A stretch of DNA of 64,000 bases, taken from contig OZ220741.1 in assembly GCA_965116885.1 (NCBI GenBank), positions 1,280,001 to 1,344,000 of the forward strand. Reading direction: 5' to 3'. Source of the DNA: Candidatus Latescibacterota bacterium. Lineage in GTDB: Bacteria; Latescibacterota; UBA2968. Each line of letters starts with the position of its first letter. Position 1 is the first letter of the stretch. This document shows positions 1 to 12,409 of this stretch, piece after piece. The notes under the pieces were generated by a model. The model was not told where the DNA came from. It did not search any database and saw nothing but the letters and a program-made list of their open reading frames with translations. The position numbers and the translations under genes were made by a program.

Positions 1-296
1 CACACCGCGACAATTTGATTTTTACACTTGATGACAAGGCTGTACATCAATTCGCGTCCCAGGGCCAACTCAAAACCGTTCTCCTTTCCTGGAAACTGGC
101 CGAAGCAACATTTTTAGAGCAACAAACCGGGTGGCGCCCTGTTTTGCTGATGGACGATGTGTTTTCAGAACTCGATCCCAATCGGGCAAAAGCTGTATTG
201 AACCTGATCCCCGATTTTGGGCAGGTGGTCGTAACCTCAGCACGCGATCCGGATTTGGATTTTGAAGCCCAGGGGTTTCGGCTGTTGAAATTGTGA
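1..296 (+). CDS. recF: DNA replication/repair protein RecF, C-terminal part (truncated by window edge)
   Basis: FASQGQ signature and PVLLMDDVFSELD Walker B/D-loop; directly upstream of DUF721 and gyrB. Confidence 0.93.
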   Translation, partial: HRDNLIFTLDDKAVHQFASQGQLKTVLLSWKLAEATFLEQQTGWRPVLLMDDVFSELDPNRAKAVLNLIPDFGQVVVTSARDPDLDFEAQGFRLLKL

Positions 297-664
297 ATAA
301 CGTTATGGATGCCGAGATTGATAGACGCAAGAGTGGTGTTTACAAATATCGGGCTGGTGGGACATCCGAGCCGGTTTCCGCAGGTGATGCCATTCGCCAG
401 TTGGTGAATAATCTGGGAATTGCGGAAAAATTAAAACAACAACGCGTGTTGTCACTATGGGAAGAGATCGTTGGAAAAGATATTGCTTCTGTAACGCGAG
501 TCGAGGGGTTTCGAGGGGGGCAATTAACGGTCTCAGCACAAAACGCCACCCAGAGTAATTGGTTGCGCTATCAATGCGATACTATACGTCAAAATTTGAA
601 CCGCGAGGTTGGCGGTGAGGTTGTAAAAATAATCCGGTTAAAAGTTGATCCGTCTATTCGTTGA
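293..664 (+). CDS. DUF721 / DciA family protein
   Basis: LWEEIVGKDIASVTRV...LTVSA...LRY pattern; canonical position between recF and gyrB; overlaps recF stop. Confidence 0.85.
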   Translation: MNNVMDAEIDRRKSGVYKYRAGGTSEPVSAGDAIRQLVNNLGIAEKLKQQRVLSLWEEIVGKDIASVTRVEGFRGGQLTVSAQNATQSNWLRYQCDTIRQNLNREVGGEVVKIIRLKVDPSIR

Positions 665-2687
<2,023 letters not shown>

Positions 2688-2732
2688 AAACTGGCGACTG
2701 GCGACAGATAATACCAAGGAGACGATAAGACA

Positions 2733-5369
2733 ATGATGATAGAACGATCGCGAGTGATCCCTGTTGAAATTGGTGACGAGTTAAAAAAATCCATGCTCGA
2801 TTATTCGATGAGCACACTGGTCAATCGCGCATTGCCGGATGTGCGCGATGGAATGAAGCCATCGCAAAGACGCATTTTAGTGGCAATGAATGACCTCGGC
2901 CTGGGCGCAAACCGGCAGCATCGAAAATGCGCTCATATTGCCGGTCACGCTTCGGGCAATTACCATCCGCACGGTGAAGACATTGTCTATCCAACGCTGG
3001 TGCATCTGGCGCAGGATTTTAAGCTGCGTTATCCACTCGTAGATGGACAGGGTAATTTTGGCTCCATCGACGGATATCCTCCCGCTGCGATGCGCTACAC
3101 AGAAGCGCGTATGGCAGGACCGGGGCAGGAAATGTTGAACGACCTCGAGAAGGAGACCGTTGATTATCGCCCCAACTACGACGAGCGCCTGGAAGAACCC
3201 AAAGTATTGCCTTCTGCATTTCCAAACATGGTTTGCAACGGTGCTGTAGGCATTGCCACGACAATGGCGACGGCAATCCCACCGCACAATTTGCAGGAGG
3301 TCGTCGATGGTCTTGTCGCATTGATCGATAATCCCGAATTGGATATCGCTGAGCTGATGGAATATATCAAAGCACCCGACTTTCCAACCGGCGGCACCAT
3401 TTATGGCATAGGTGGCGTTTTAGACGCCTATCAGACGGGACGCGGGCACCTGCGGATCCGGGCAAAAGCCGATATAGAAGAAGACAAAACCGGTCGAGAA
3501 ACCATTATCATCACAGAAATTCCCTATATGGTGAACAAGACAACGCTATTGGAAAAAATGGCGGATCTGGTGCGCGAAAAACGCATTGAAGGGATTTCAA
3601 ATATTCAGGACGAATCCGACCGCGATGGGCTGCGCATTGTCGTGGAACTCAAACGCGATGTGGTCGGAGATGTAATTTTGAACCAACTCTACAAACACAC
3701 CCAATTGGAATCGACATTTGCGGCCAATATGGTTGCACTGGTCAACGGTCGGCCGCAACAAGTGACCTTGAAGCACATGTTGCAGTGCTATATCGACCAC
3801 CGCCACGATGTCGTAAAGCGACGCACGGAATACGAACTGCGGGTGGCTGAAGATCGCGCACATATCCTGGAAGGATTGATACTCGCGCAGGACAATATCG
3901 ACGAAGTAATCCGCATTATCCGCGGTTCAAAAGATACCAATGAAGCGCGGCGTGCGTTGACACAAATCGAACTGGAACTGGCTGGAGACCAAGACTCTTT
4001 GGCTGTAGAAAAACGCCGATTATCCGAACGCCAGGTACAGGCCATCTTGTCCATGACATTACAGCGATTGACCAACATGGAGCAACAAAAGATAGAAGAC
4101 GAATACTCCGACCTGACGCAAGAAATTGAACGCTTGCGCTCTATTCTGGACAACCGCGAATTGCGTATGAATATTGTCAAAGACGAATTGGGTGCGATGC
4201 GCGAAAAATATGGCGATGAGCGGCGGTCAGAAATCGTGTTCGCGGCCTCTGAGTTCAGTATTGAAGATTTGATCCACGAAGAAGATATGGTCATTACAAT
4301 TTCTCACAACGGGTACATCAAACGCATTCCCGTATCCACCTATCGCGCACAAAACCGGGGGGGGCGTGGGATCACGGGAATGGGAACCAAGGATGAAGAT
4401 TTTGTAGAAAGCTTATTCGTGGCTTCCACGCACAGTTATATCCTCGTATTGACAGACCGCGGGCACTGCGTGTGGTTAAAAGTGCATGAAATTCCGCGGG
4501 GCACGCGTCAAGCGCGCGGTCGCCCCATTGTCAATGTGGTAGATATCCCCTACGGGCATAAGGTAGCCGAAGTCGTGCCAGTACGCGAATTTGATGAAAA
4601 TCGCTATCTGCTGTCTATAACCCGAAAGGGGCTAACGAAAAAGACCGCGCTGTCTGCTTATAGTCGCCCGCGCAAGGGTGGCATTATTGCGATGAATGTG
4701 CTGGAAGACGACCAGTTGATCAAAGCCGCGATTACAGGGGGAGATGACCGGGTGGTCATTGCTACAAAGCGCGGTCAAGCTGTGTACTTTGACGAAAACA
4801 AGGTGCGGGCTATGGGGCGCAACTCACAGGGGGTGCGCGGTGTGTCCTTGCAAGGCGATGATGTGGTAGTGGGCATGGTGGTCGTTAAACCTGAAGAGGT
4901 AGAGCAGTCTCATTTATTGACGGTATGTGCCAATGGATATGGCAAGCGCACGCCGGTCTCGGAGTATCGCCTGACAAACCGGGGTGGCAAAGGCGTGATC
5001 AACATCAAGACCACAGATCGCAATGGTCCTGTGGTATCGATGATGGGCGTGATGGAAGACAGCCGCGACGATATGGTGATTGTAACACAGAATGGCATCT
5101 TGATCCGGCAAAAAGTAGCGGAAGTGAGCGTGATTGGGCGCAATGCACAAGGCGTGCGTTTGATCAATCCGGATGACGGCGATCAGGTAATTGATGTGGC
5201 ACAGGTGATCAATCAGGATGAGGAAGAAACAGAAGGAGAAGAAGGCGAAAGCGCGATAGACCCAACATCTGAAGAAGTAAGTGAAAGTGGGAATGAGAAC
5301 ACTGCTGAGGAGAACGGAACGATGAAGACGTTATGGCGCGAGGTGCAAAAGCGAACGGGATGGAAGTGA
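2733..5369 (+). CDS. gyrA: DNA gyrase subunit A
   Basis: RALPDVRDG, YHPHG, AAMRYTE (catalytic Tyr), GyrA box QNRGGRG, C-terminal pinwheel repeats, acidic tail. Confidence 0.97.
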   Translation: MMIERSRVIPVEIGDELKKSMLDYSMSTLVNRALPDVRDGMKPSQRRILVAMNDLGLGANRQHRKCAHIAGHASGNYHPHGEDIVYPTLVHLAQDFKLRYPLVDGQGNFGSIDGYPPAAMRYTEARMAGPGQEMLNDLEKETVDYRPNYDERLEEPKVLPSAFPNMVCNGAVGIATTMATAIPPHNLQEVVDGLVALIDNPELDIAELMEYIKAPDFPTGGTIYGIGGVLDAYQTGRGHLRIRAKADIEEDKTGRETIIITEIPYMVNKTTLLEKMADLVREKRIEGISNIQDESDRDGLRIVVELKRDVVGDVILNQLYKHTQLESTFAANMVALVNGRPQQVTLKHMLQCYIDHRHDVVKRRTEYELRVAEDRAHILEGLILAQDNIDEVIRIIRGSKDTNEARRALTQIELELAGDQDSLAVEKRRLSERQVQAILSMTLQRLTNMEQQKIEDEYSDLTQEIERLRSILDNRELRMNIVKDELGAMREKYGDERRSEIVFAASEFSIEDLIHEEDMVITISHNGYIKRIPVSTYRAQNRGGRGITGMGTKDEDFVESLFVASTHSYILVLTDRGHCVWLKVHEIPRGTRQARGRPIVNVVDIPYGHKVAEVVPVREFDENRYLLSITRKGLTKKTALSAYSRPRKGGIIAMNVLEDDQLIKAAITGGDDRVVIATKRGQAVYFDENKVRAMGRNSQGVRGVSLQGDDVVVGMVVVKPEEVEQSHLLTVCANGYGKRTPVSEYRLTNRGGKGVINIKTTDRNGPVVSMMGVMEDSRDDMVIVTQNGILIRQKVAEVSVIGRNAQGVRLINPDDGDQVIDVAQVINQDEEETEGEEGESAIDPTSEEVSESGNENTAEENGTMKTLWREVQKRTGWK

Positions 5370-5398
5370 ACAACACAATCTTTTGAATTGAAATACGC

Positions 5399-5429
5399 AG
5401 CGGCAGAGATTTTTCTCTGCCGCTTTTTT
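5399..5429. terminator. Intrinsic terminator between convergent gyrA and hom
   Basis: AGCGGCAGAGA/TCTCTGCCGCT stem followed by a T run. Confidence 0.8.
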
Positions 5430-5443
5430 GTTTTCTCATCCTC

Positions 5444-6739
5444 TCATGGATGCAAAATCCGAATAATCTGCGGTTTTTCTGTCACAGCGGACAAATTCCC
5501 GATGCGCGTGATGGCGCGTTGCATCGCTGCTTCGGGAGCATCGTGTGTGATCATGATCAGGGGAACCGTGCCACCTTCTGTTTCCGAGCGCCCGTGCTGA
5601 ATGACCGTTTCTATACTGATGCCTTCTCCGGCAAAGAGTGCTGCAACCTGCGCCAGAACGCCGGGTTTGTCGTAAACAGTAAGCCTACAATAGCTGCCAG
5701 TCTGAATATCGCCGATGGGAACGAGGTCGGCTTCGGGCAGCGGAGCAAGCGGTGCTCCCGCAGGGCCAAGACCGGCTTTGCGCCGCTCGGCAATGGCGAC
5801 GAGATCGGCGACCACCGCACTGGCTGTGGGCAATTCGCCGGCGCCTTTGCCGTAAAAGACCTGGGCGTCAACCGCACTGCCGACAATTTCCACAGCGTTA
5901 AATTCATTGCGAATATCGGCCAGGAGTGCATCGTGAGGCACAAAGGCGGGATGTACGCGCGCCTCAATGCGATTGCCCACCACGCGGGCTATGCCGAGCA
6001 ATTTTATGGTATAGCCGAGTTCGCGGGCAAAGTCGATATCTAACGCAGTGATGTGAGAGATCCCCTCTTTGAGAATATCGCCGGACGAGACGCGCTGGCG
6101 AAAGGCGAGGCGACAGAGAAGCGCGAGCTTTTGAGCCGCATCCGTGCCGTCGATATCCATGGTGGGATCGGCTTCGGCAAACCCTTTGTCCTGTGCTTCT
6201 TTGAGCATGGGACCAAAGTCCTCTCCGGCTTCTGTCATGCGGGTGAGAATGTAGTTCGTCGTGCCGTTGAGAATGCCGTAGAGCGATTGAATATTGTTGG
6301 CCACCAGCCCCTGGCTGAGCGTTTGGATAATGGGAATACCACCGCAGACACTGGCTTCAAAGCCGAGTCCTACATTGTTTTTTACCGCAGCCTCAAACAG
6401 GCTGTCCCCGCGTTCGGCAAGAAGGGCTTTGTTCGCCGTAACCACATCTTTGCCATTTTGAAGCGCCGCGAGAACGAGATCATAAGCCGCATCAACACCG
6501 CCCATCACCTCGACCACAATCTGGGTTTCAGGGTCAGCAACCACATCCATGGGATTGGTCGTGAAACGGTCGGAAAGCAAGTCAATTGCGCGAGGTTTGG
6601 ACAGATCCCGCACAGCGATTTTGCGAATGTCGAGGTCAAGGCCCCGAACGTGTTTGAATTCGTGTTCCCGATCACAAAGGATGCGAGCTACGCCGCCACC
6701 GACAACACCCATGCCAATCAAGCCGATACCAATTGCCAC
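5444..6739 (-). CDS. hom: Homoserine dehydrogenase with C-terminal ACT domain
   Basis: GxGxVG, VVTANKAL, EASVCGGIP, NGTTNYIL, GKGAG, ACT motif DKPGVLA. Confidence 0.95.
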   Translation of the reverse strand: MAIGIGLIGMGVVGGGVARILCDREHEFKHVRGLDLDIRKIAVRDLSKPRAIDLLSDRFTTNPMDVVADPETQIVVEVMGGVDAAYDLVLAALQNGKDVVTANKALLAERGDSLFEAAVKNNVGLGFEASVCGGIPIIQTLSQGLVANNIQSLYGILNGTTNYILTRMTEAGEDFGPMLKEAQDKGFAEADPTMDIDGTDAAQKLALLCRLAFRQRVSSGDILKEGISHITALDIDFARELGYTIKLLGIARVVGNRIEARVHPAFVPHDALLADIRNEFNAVEIVGSAVDAQVFYGKGAGELPTASAVVADLVAIAERRKAGLGPAGAPLAPLPEADLVPIGDIQTGSYCRLTVYDKPGVLAQVAALFAGEGISIETVIQHGRSETEGGTVPLIMITHDAPEAAMQRAITRIGNLSAVTEKPQIIRILHP

Positions 6740-6845
6740 TTTTGCCTCATAAAGTTAGAGATGAAAATTTTTGCGTTTTTCTTTATACTGTCAAACTGTT
6801 AAAGTGTATCCTAACGTCTTTCTCTTGTCAAGAAAAGGATTCGAT

Positions 6846-7928
6846 ATGGGTGATCTGCCAAAAACAATGCCCGTAGTAATGTGCCGCGCGCCCGAAGATT
6901 ATCGCCTGGAAGAATACGCAGTGCCACAGGTAGATGCGGGTGAGGTTCTCATTCGCGTGCAATCAGTCGGTATATGTGCAAGTGACTTGAAGTGCTATCT
7001 GGGAGCACCCATGTTTTGGGGCGACTCCCGCCGCGAGGGCTATTGCCAGGCACCGATTATTCCCGGGCACGAATTTGTCGGAGAGGTCGTTGCTCTTGGT
7101 GACGGAGCGGGTGATAAATACGGGTTGGCGATTGGCGACCTCGCCGTATCGGAGCAAATCGTGCCATGCGGCGCGTGTCGTTATTGCTTGCGTGGGCAAT
7201 ACTGGATGTGCATGGTACACGATATTTACGGCTTTCGCCAGGCCACATTTGGCGCAATGGCCCAATATTGCAAATTGCCCGCCAACGCCTTGAATTATCG
7301 CGTGCCAAAATCTATTCCCGCCGCGCATGCGGCGTATGTAGAACCCCTCGCCTGTGCGATTCACGCTGTCGAACGCGGCAATATTCAGTTAAATGACACC
7401 GTTGTAATTGCCGGTGCGGGACCGCTGGGCCTGGGTATGGTCGCTGCTGCGCGAATGAAGAATCCCGCTTTGCTAATTGCGTTAGACCTAAGTGATAGGC
7501 GGTTGGAAATAGCCAGAGCCTGTGGGGCAGATTTGGGATTGAATCCAAATTCGGTGGATGTGATTGACGAAGTGCATAAATTGACAGAGGGTTATGGTTG
7601 CGATGTGTACATTGAGGCGACCGGACATCCCGCAGCAGTGGAACAGGGACTGCTTATGATTTGCAAACTCGGCACATTTGTCGAGTTCAGCGTGATGCGC
7701 GAGCCCGTGACAACGGATTGGACGATTATTGGAGATACAAAAGAACTCAATATTCACGGCGCGCATCTGAGTCCGCATTGTTATCCCATTGCCATTCGAA
7801 TGCTGGAACAAGGTCTTCTCCCAATGGACCAGATCGTAACCCATCAATTGCCACTTGAGGATTTTCATAAAGGAATTGACCTCGTCGCAGACGGAACGCA
7901 GTCCGTAAAGGTGACATTGAGACCATAG
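6846..7928 (+). CDS. Zn-dependent polyol dehydrogenase (erythritol/L-threitol dehydrogenase-like)
   Basis: GICASD, GHE, structural Zn cysteines CGACRYC...C, GAGPLG; substrate is an inference. Confidence 0.85.
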   Translation: MGDLPKTMPVVMCRAPEDYRLEEYAVPQVDAGEVLIRVQSVGICASDLKCYLGAPMFWGDSRREGYCQAPIIPGHEFVGEVVALGDGAGDKYGLAIGDLAVSEQIVPCGACRYCLRGQYWMCMVHDIYGFRQATFGAMAQYCKLPANALNYRVPKSIPAAHAAYVEPLACAIHAVERGNIQLNDTVVIAGAGPLGLGMVAAARMKNPALLIALDLSDRRLEIARACGADLGLNPNSVDVIDEVHKLTEGYGCDVYIEATGHPAAVEQGLLMICKLGTFVEFSVMREPVTTDWTIIGDTKELNIHGAHLSPHCYPIAIRMLEQGLLPMDQIVTHQLPLEDFHKGIDLVADGTQSVKVTLRP

Positions 7929-7999
7929 GGACGGCACAGGGGCCGTCCCCTACGATGATATGTTATCCGGTCTGTAGGGGCGACCCCCTGTGGTCGCCC
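7928..7999. repeat. Pair of inverted GTAG-type REP-like palindromes
   Basis: GGGACGGCACAGGGGCCGTCCCCTAC (7928-7953, reverse) and GTAGGGGCGACCCCCTGTGGTCGCCC (7974-7999). Confidence 0.8.
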
Positions 8000-8031
8000 T
8001 CTGATTTGATTGCTGACCACTGGAGAAAAAT

Positions 8032-8811
8032 ATGTCAGAAATATATGTAATGGATTTATTTCGATTGGATGGAAAGGTTGCGTTAATTACAGGAGGGTCC
8101 AAAGGGTTGGGCGCATCCATGGCGATGGGATTGGCGCAGGCCGGTGCAAAAACCGTCATTTGTTCGCGGACGCAGGCAGATTGTGACCGCGTGGCCGCAG
8201 AGATCGCAGAAGAAACAGTACAAGAGAGTATTGGTATCGCTGGAGATGTAACCCGTGAAAAAGATGTGGATCGGGTATTTGATACAGTCATCGAGAAATA
8301 CGGCAAGCTGGACGTGTTGATCAACAGCGCGGGGATTAATATTCGGCATCCCGTAGAGGATTTTCCCCTCGACGAGTTTAAGCAAGTGATCGATATCAAT
8401 CTGACTGGCGTATGGTTGTGTTGTCGAGCAGCTGCCCGGGTTATGAAGCCACAGGGATCGGGTTCAGTGGTAAACATCGCGTCGGCATTAAGCGGCGTCG
8501 GATTAAGAGAGCGCTCGGCCTATTGTTCGTCAAAAGCGGGATTAATCGGCATGACAAAAACGATGGCTCTGGAATGGGCAGAGTCCAATGTGCGGTGCAA
8601 TGCGTTGTGTCCCGGACCCTTTTTGACAGAGATCAATGTGCCGCTTCTCAAGACGCCCGAGAAAGTGAAGTCGTTGTTGGAATTGACCGCGTTAAATCGC
8701 TGGGCAGAGTTGCATGAAATTCGTGGCGCAGCGTTGTTTTTGGCGAGCGATGCGTCCAGCTTTATGACGGGAGCATCGCTATATGTAGATGGCGGATGGA
8801 ACGCCCAGTGA
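8032..8811 (+). CDS. Short-chain dehydrogenase/reductase (gluconate 5-dehydrogenase-like)
   Basis: TGGSKGLG, NSAG, YCSSK, VDGG motifs. Confidence 0.9.
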   Translation: MSEIYVMDLFRLDGKVALITGGSKGLGASMAMGLAQAGAKTVICSRTQADCDRVAAEIAEETVQESIGIAGDVTREKDVDRVFDTVIEKYGKLDVLINSAGINIRHPVEDFPLDEFKQVIDINLTGVWLCCRAAARVMKPQGSGSVVNIASALSGVGLRERSAYCSSKAGLIGMTKTMALEWAESNVRCNALCPGPFLTEINVPLLKTPEKVKSLLELTALNRWAELHEIRGAALFLASDASSFMTGASLYVDGGWNAQ

Positions 8812-8820
8812 ACAACTATT

Positions 8821-9294
8821 TTGAGGAAAATCAAAGTGATAGAAAAAATCAACGAATCGGAAATAGAGGAAATAGCGCGCCAATCGCGCACAGGCAAATA
8901 CGGTTTGTCTCGAAAGGATATTTCCGGAGCATTGGAAACTTCAGGACAACCTTTTGAGGTCGAATGGGTGCGCTTGCCGCCGGGAAAGACAAATTTTCCG
9001 TGCCACGCACACCAGGTACAGTGGGAATTTTATATCGTGCTCCAGGGCCAGGGCACTGTGCGCCGCAACGATCATACATTTGAGGTGGGAGCAGGCGACG
9101 CATTTGTTCAGCCACCCGGCACCGCGCATCAGATTCGCAATACAAGTGAGACAGAAGATCTGATTTATTACGTCATTGCCGACAATCCCGTAAGTGACCC
9201 GGTCTATTATCCGGACTCGGATAAATGGGCGATTCGTCCACCGGGCAAATTGGGCCGCCTGACCGAGACGGAATATTACGATGGGGAAGAATAG
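8821..9294 (+). CDS. Cupin domain protein
   Basis: HAHQVQWEFYIVLQG and PPGTAHQIRN cupin motifs; start codon uncertain. Confidence 0.85.
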   Translation: MRKIKVIEKINESEIEEIARQSRTGKYGLSRKDISGALETSGQPFEVEWVRLPPGKTNFPCHAHQVQWEFYIVLQGQGTVRRNDHTFEVGAGDAFVQPPGTAHQIRNTSETEDLIYYVIADNPVSDPVYYPDSDKWAIRPPGKLGRLTETEYYDGEE

Positions 9295-9308
9295 AGGAAA
9301 GGAGCAAT

Positions 9309-10721
9309 ATGGACAGACCAAATTTTATGTTGATAACAGCGGATGACATGAACTGGGACGCTGTGGGGGCATTTGGTTGCCCAACAGCGGGGACAACGCC
9401 AAATATTGACCGATTGGCCGCGGGGGGATTGCGGTTTAACCACGGACATGTGACAATAGCAGTATGCCAACCGAGCCGCTCGGCATTGATGACCGGGCGA
9501 TATCCGCATCTCAGCGGGGGCGAGGGATTTTACCATTTGCGACACGAAGGCGTCCCCATACTACCCGATATCTTGCGCGGTGAAGGCTATGACGTGGGCA
9601 TTTTGGGCAAAGTGACACACTCGACACCTTATGCGGCATTTCAATGGGACATGGCGCATGATCAGATCGACTTGGGACAGGGACGAAATCCCGACGCGTA
9701 TTATCAACATACCAAAAACTTTGTTCAATCTGCCGTAGATGGTGACCGTCCATTTTTTCTCATGGCGAACTCCCACGATCCCCATCGCCCGTTTTACGGC
9801 AATGACAAGCCCGAATGGTACAGCGAACTCGATCCGCCTGCGGTACCACCCTCGCGCACATTTGACCCAGAAGAAGTGGTCATTCCCGAGTTTTTGCCCG
9901 ATATACCGGATGTGCGTCTGGAAATTGCCGAGTATTACAACTCTGTTCGCCGCTGTGATGATACTGTGGGCCGATTACTCGATGTGTTAGACGAAGCGGG
10001 CGTGGCGGAGAACACACTGATAATGTTCTTATCCGATAATGGCATGGCATTCCCCTTTGCAAAAACAAATTGTTACTTAAACAGCACGCGCACACCCTTT
10101 TTGGCGCGATGGCCCGCGGTCATTCAAGCCGGGCGCGTGGATACCGAGCATTTTATTTCCGGAGTAGATTATTTGCCCACAGTACTGGATGCGATTGGGG
10201 TAGATATCCCGGACGGCGTCAATGGCAAATCGCGTCTGCCCGTATTAAGGGGTGAAAAACAGGATGGATGCGAACAAGTGTTCACGCAATTTCACCAGAC
10301 CTCGGGGCGGCGCAATTACCCAATGCGATGCGTGCAAAATACGCGGTTCGGCTATATCTTCAACCCCTGGTCTGATGGCGAACGAGAATTTCGAAATGAA
10401 TCCCAGAGCGGTCGGTCCTGGCAAGCGATGAAAGAAGCAGAAGCCAACGACCCGGAATTGGCTGCGCGAAACCACTTGTTCAGCTATCGCGTACTCGAAG
10501 AATTTTACGATTTTGAGAACGATCCCAACGCGCTGAACAACCTGATTGATGATCCCAACTACGCCGATGAAATTCAGGACCTGAGAAACGCGCTCGATGA
10601 ATGGATGGTGGAAACAAACGACCCGGCGCTCGACGCATTTCGCGGTCGCTCATCGCGGCAGGCACTCGACGATCTGATGGATCACCTCGCGGATACAATT
10701 GGAAAACGTCCCAATGAGTAG
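9309..10721 (+). CDS. Sulfatase (sulfamidase/SGSH-like)
   Basis: ITADD, CQPSR formylglycine motif, DPHRPF, SDNG; ATG 9309 behind AAGGAG. Confidence 0.9.
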   Translation: MDRPNFMLITADDMNWDAVGAFGCPTAGTTPNIDRLAAGGLRFNHGHVTIAVCQPSRSALMTGRYPHLSGGEGFYHLRHEGVPILPDILRGEGYDVGILGKVTHSTPYAAFQWDMAHDQIDLGQGRNPDAYYQHTKNFVQSAVDGDRPFFLMANSHDPHRPFYGNDKPEWYSELDPPAVPPSRTFDPEEVVIPEFLPDIPDVRLEIAEYYNSVRRCDDTVGRLLDVLDEAGVAENTLIMFLSDNGMAFPFAKTNCYLNSTRTPFLARWPAVIQAGRVDTEHFISGVDYLPTVLDAIGVDIPDGVNGKSRLPVLRGEKQDGCEQVFTQFHQTSGRRNYPMRCVQNTRFGYIFNPWSDGEREFRNESQSGRSWQAMKEAEANDPELAARNHLFSYRVLEEFYDFENDPNALNNLIDDPNYADEIQDLRNALDEWMVETNDPALDAFRGRSSRQALDDLMDHLADTIGKRPNE

Positions 10722-10813
10722 ATAGATCTGTGCATCCCAGCCTCGAGTTCAGAGGCTACGCTGATGTGTTTTGTCGTGTTACATGGCGGACTTCACAGAG
10801 AGGAATATTAGTC

Positions 10814-11104
10814 ATGCAAAATGATAAACTCGCGGAAACTGTTGCGGAGCAGGATTGGAAATACGGCGACATGCTCCGGGATCTGGGCACTTATTTTTTG
10901 CGGAATCCGAAACGATTCAAATTTGCGTTAAATCGCATGTCCCACAGACTTGATCTTCGTGAACTTGAGCAGTTACAGAAATTGAGTCAAGACCGAACAA
11001 TCGAAAATTCGGGGACATTTGAAGATCGGTTTGAGGAAATCTGCTGGGCAAAAGATCCCGTAGAAAAACGCGAACTGGTACGGCGGATGCTCCGGCACAT
11101 GTAG
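10814..11104 (+). CDS. Hypothetical helical protein
   Basis: ORF between two sulfatases, GAGG upstream of ATG 10814; no recognised motif. Confidence 0.6.
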   Translation: MQNDKLAETVAEQDWKYGDMLRDLGTYFLRNPKRFKFALNRMSHRLDLRELEQLQKLSQDRTIENSGTFEDRFEEICWAKDPVEKRELVRRMLRHM

Positions 11105-11125
11105 GTTTTATTACAAGGAGATGAA

Positions 11126-12397
11126 ATGGCACAGTTGCCAAATATTCTGGTAATCCTGGGCGACGATCACGGTTACGGCGATATCTCGGCACATCGGGGA
11201 CCGCATATTCAAACGCCGAATATCGATCGCATTGCTGAAAACGGCATTCGCATGACGCAGTTCTACGCAAATTCATCCGTGTGTTCTCCCAGTCGCGCGG
11301 CATTGATGACCGGGCGGTATCCAGATCGAGTTGGCGTGCCGGGCGTGATTCGCACTTACCCCGAGAGTAATTGGGGCTATTTCAGTCGCGATGCCATAAC
11401 ACTGCCGTCAATGCTGAAACAAAAAGACTATCACACATCCATTATTGGGAAATGGCACCTGGGCCTCGAACCAGAAAACCACCCGTGTAAGCGCGGATTT
11501 GATCATTTCCACGGTTTTCTGGGCGACATGATGGACGACTATTACACGCATTTGCGGCACGACCAGAACTACATGCGGAAGGACCTCGAGGTAATTGATC
11601 CGCGAGGACACGCGACGGATTTGTTTACAGAATGGGCGGTCGAGGTAATTCACGGACACGCCCATTCATCACAGCCGTTCTTCCTGTATCTGGCATATAA
11701 TGCGCCACACACGCCCATTCAACCGCCAGAGGATTGGATAGAAAGGGTGCGCCAGCGCGAGCCTGATGCCTCGCCCGAACGGGTGAAATACATCGCACTG
11801 GTCGAACACATGGATGCGGGCATTGGTCGGGTCCTGGACACGCTTGAGCAAACTGGACAACTCTCCAATACACTTGTGGTTTACACGTCAGACAATGGCG
11901 GCCAGCTAAATGTGGGCGCAACCAACGGCGATCTAAAAGGCGGAAAGGGACAGATGTATGAAGGCGGCATTCGGGTACCCACCTGTGCAATGTGGACAGA
12001 TGGAATCGAAAAGGGCAATGTGTGTGACAACGTTGCGATGCTAATGGACCTGTTCCCCACAGCCTGCGAAATAGCAGGTGCATCGGTCAACCATGAGATT
12101 GAGGGCCAGTCTATTTTGCCAACGCTGAGAGGAGAAAGCCAGGATTTCTCTGATCGCGCAATGTACTGGGTTCGAAAAGACGGGGGTCCCTCCTTTCTCG
12201 GACTAAACCAGCACGCGGTTCGGCGCGGCAACATCAAATTGCTGCACAACAGTCCTTTTGAACCACTGGAACTTTATGACCTGGGCAATGACCCTCAAGA
12301 GACATCCGATCAGGCAAAAACAGGCGCATTTCGGGAGATGGGTGAATTGTTACAAACGGAAATGCAGCAAAATGGCAGTATCCCCTGGCAAGCATAG
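11126..12397 (+). CDS. Arylsulfatase family protein
   Basis: DDHGYGD, CSPSR, GKWHLG, APHTP, SDNG, YEGGIRVP. Confidence 0.92.
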   Translation: MAQLPNILVILGDDHGYGDISAHRGPHIQTPNIDRIAENGIRMTQFYANSSVCSPSRAALMTGRYPDRVGVPGVIRTYPESNWGYFSRDAITLPSMLKQKDYHTSIIGKWHLGLEPENHPCKRGFDHFHGFLGDMMDDYYTHLRHDQNYMRKDLEVIDPRGHATDLFTEWAVEVIHGHAHSSQPFFLYLAYNAPHTPIQPPEDWIERVRQREPDASPERVKYIALVEHMDAGIGRVLDTLEQTGQLSNTLVVYTSDNGGQLNVGATNGDLKGGKGQMYEGGIRVPTCAMWTDGIEKGNVCDNVAMLMDLFPTACEIAGASVNHEIEGQSILPTLRGESQDFSDRAMYWVRKDGGPSFLGLNQHAVRRGNIKLLHNSPFEPLELYDLGNDPQETSDQAKTGAFREMGELLQTEMQQNGSIPWQA

Positions 12398-12409
12398 AAG
12401 GAGATCCAA

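Noticed and set aside
5300..5390. Possible frameshift in the GyrA acidic tail
   Set aside because: The tail is variable and low-complexity; both frames end before the terminator, so there is no evidence either way.
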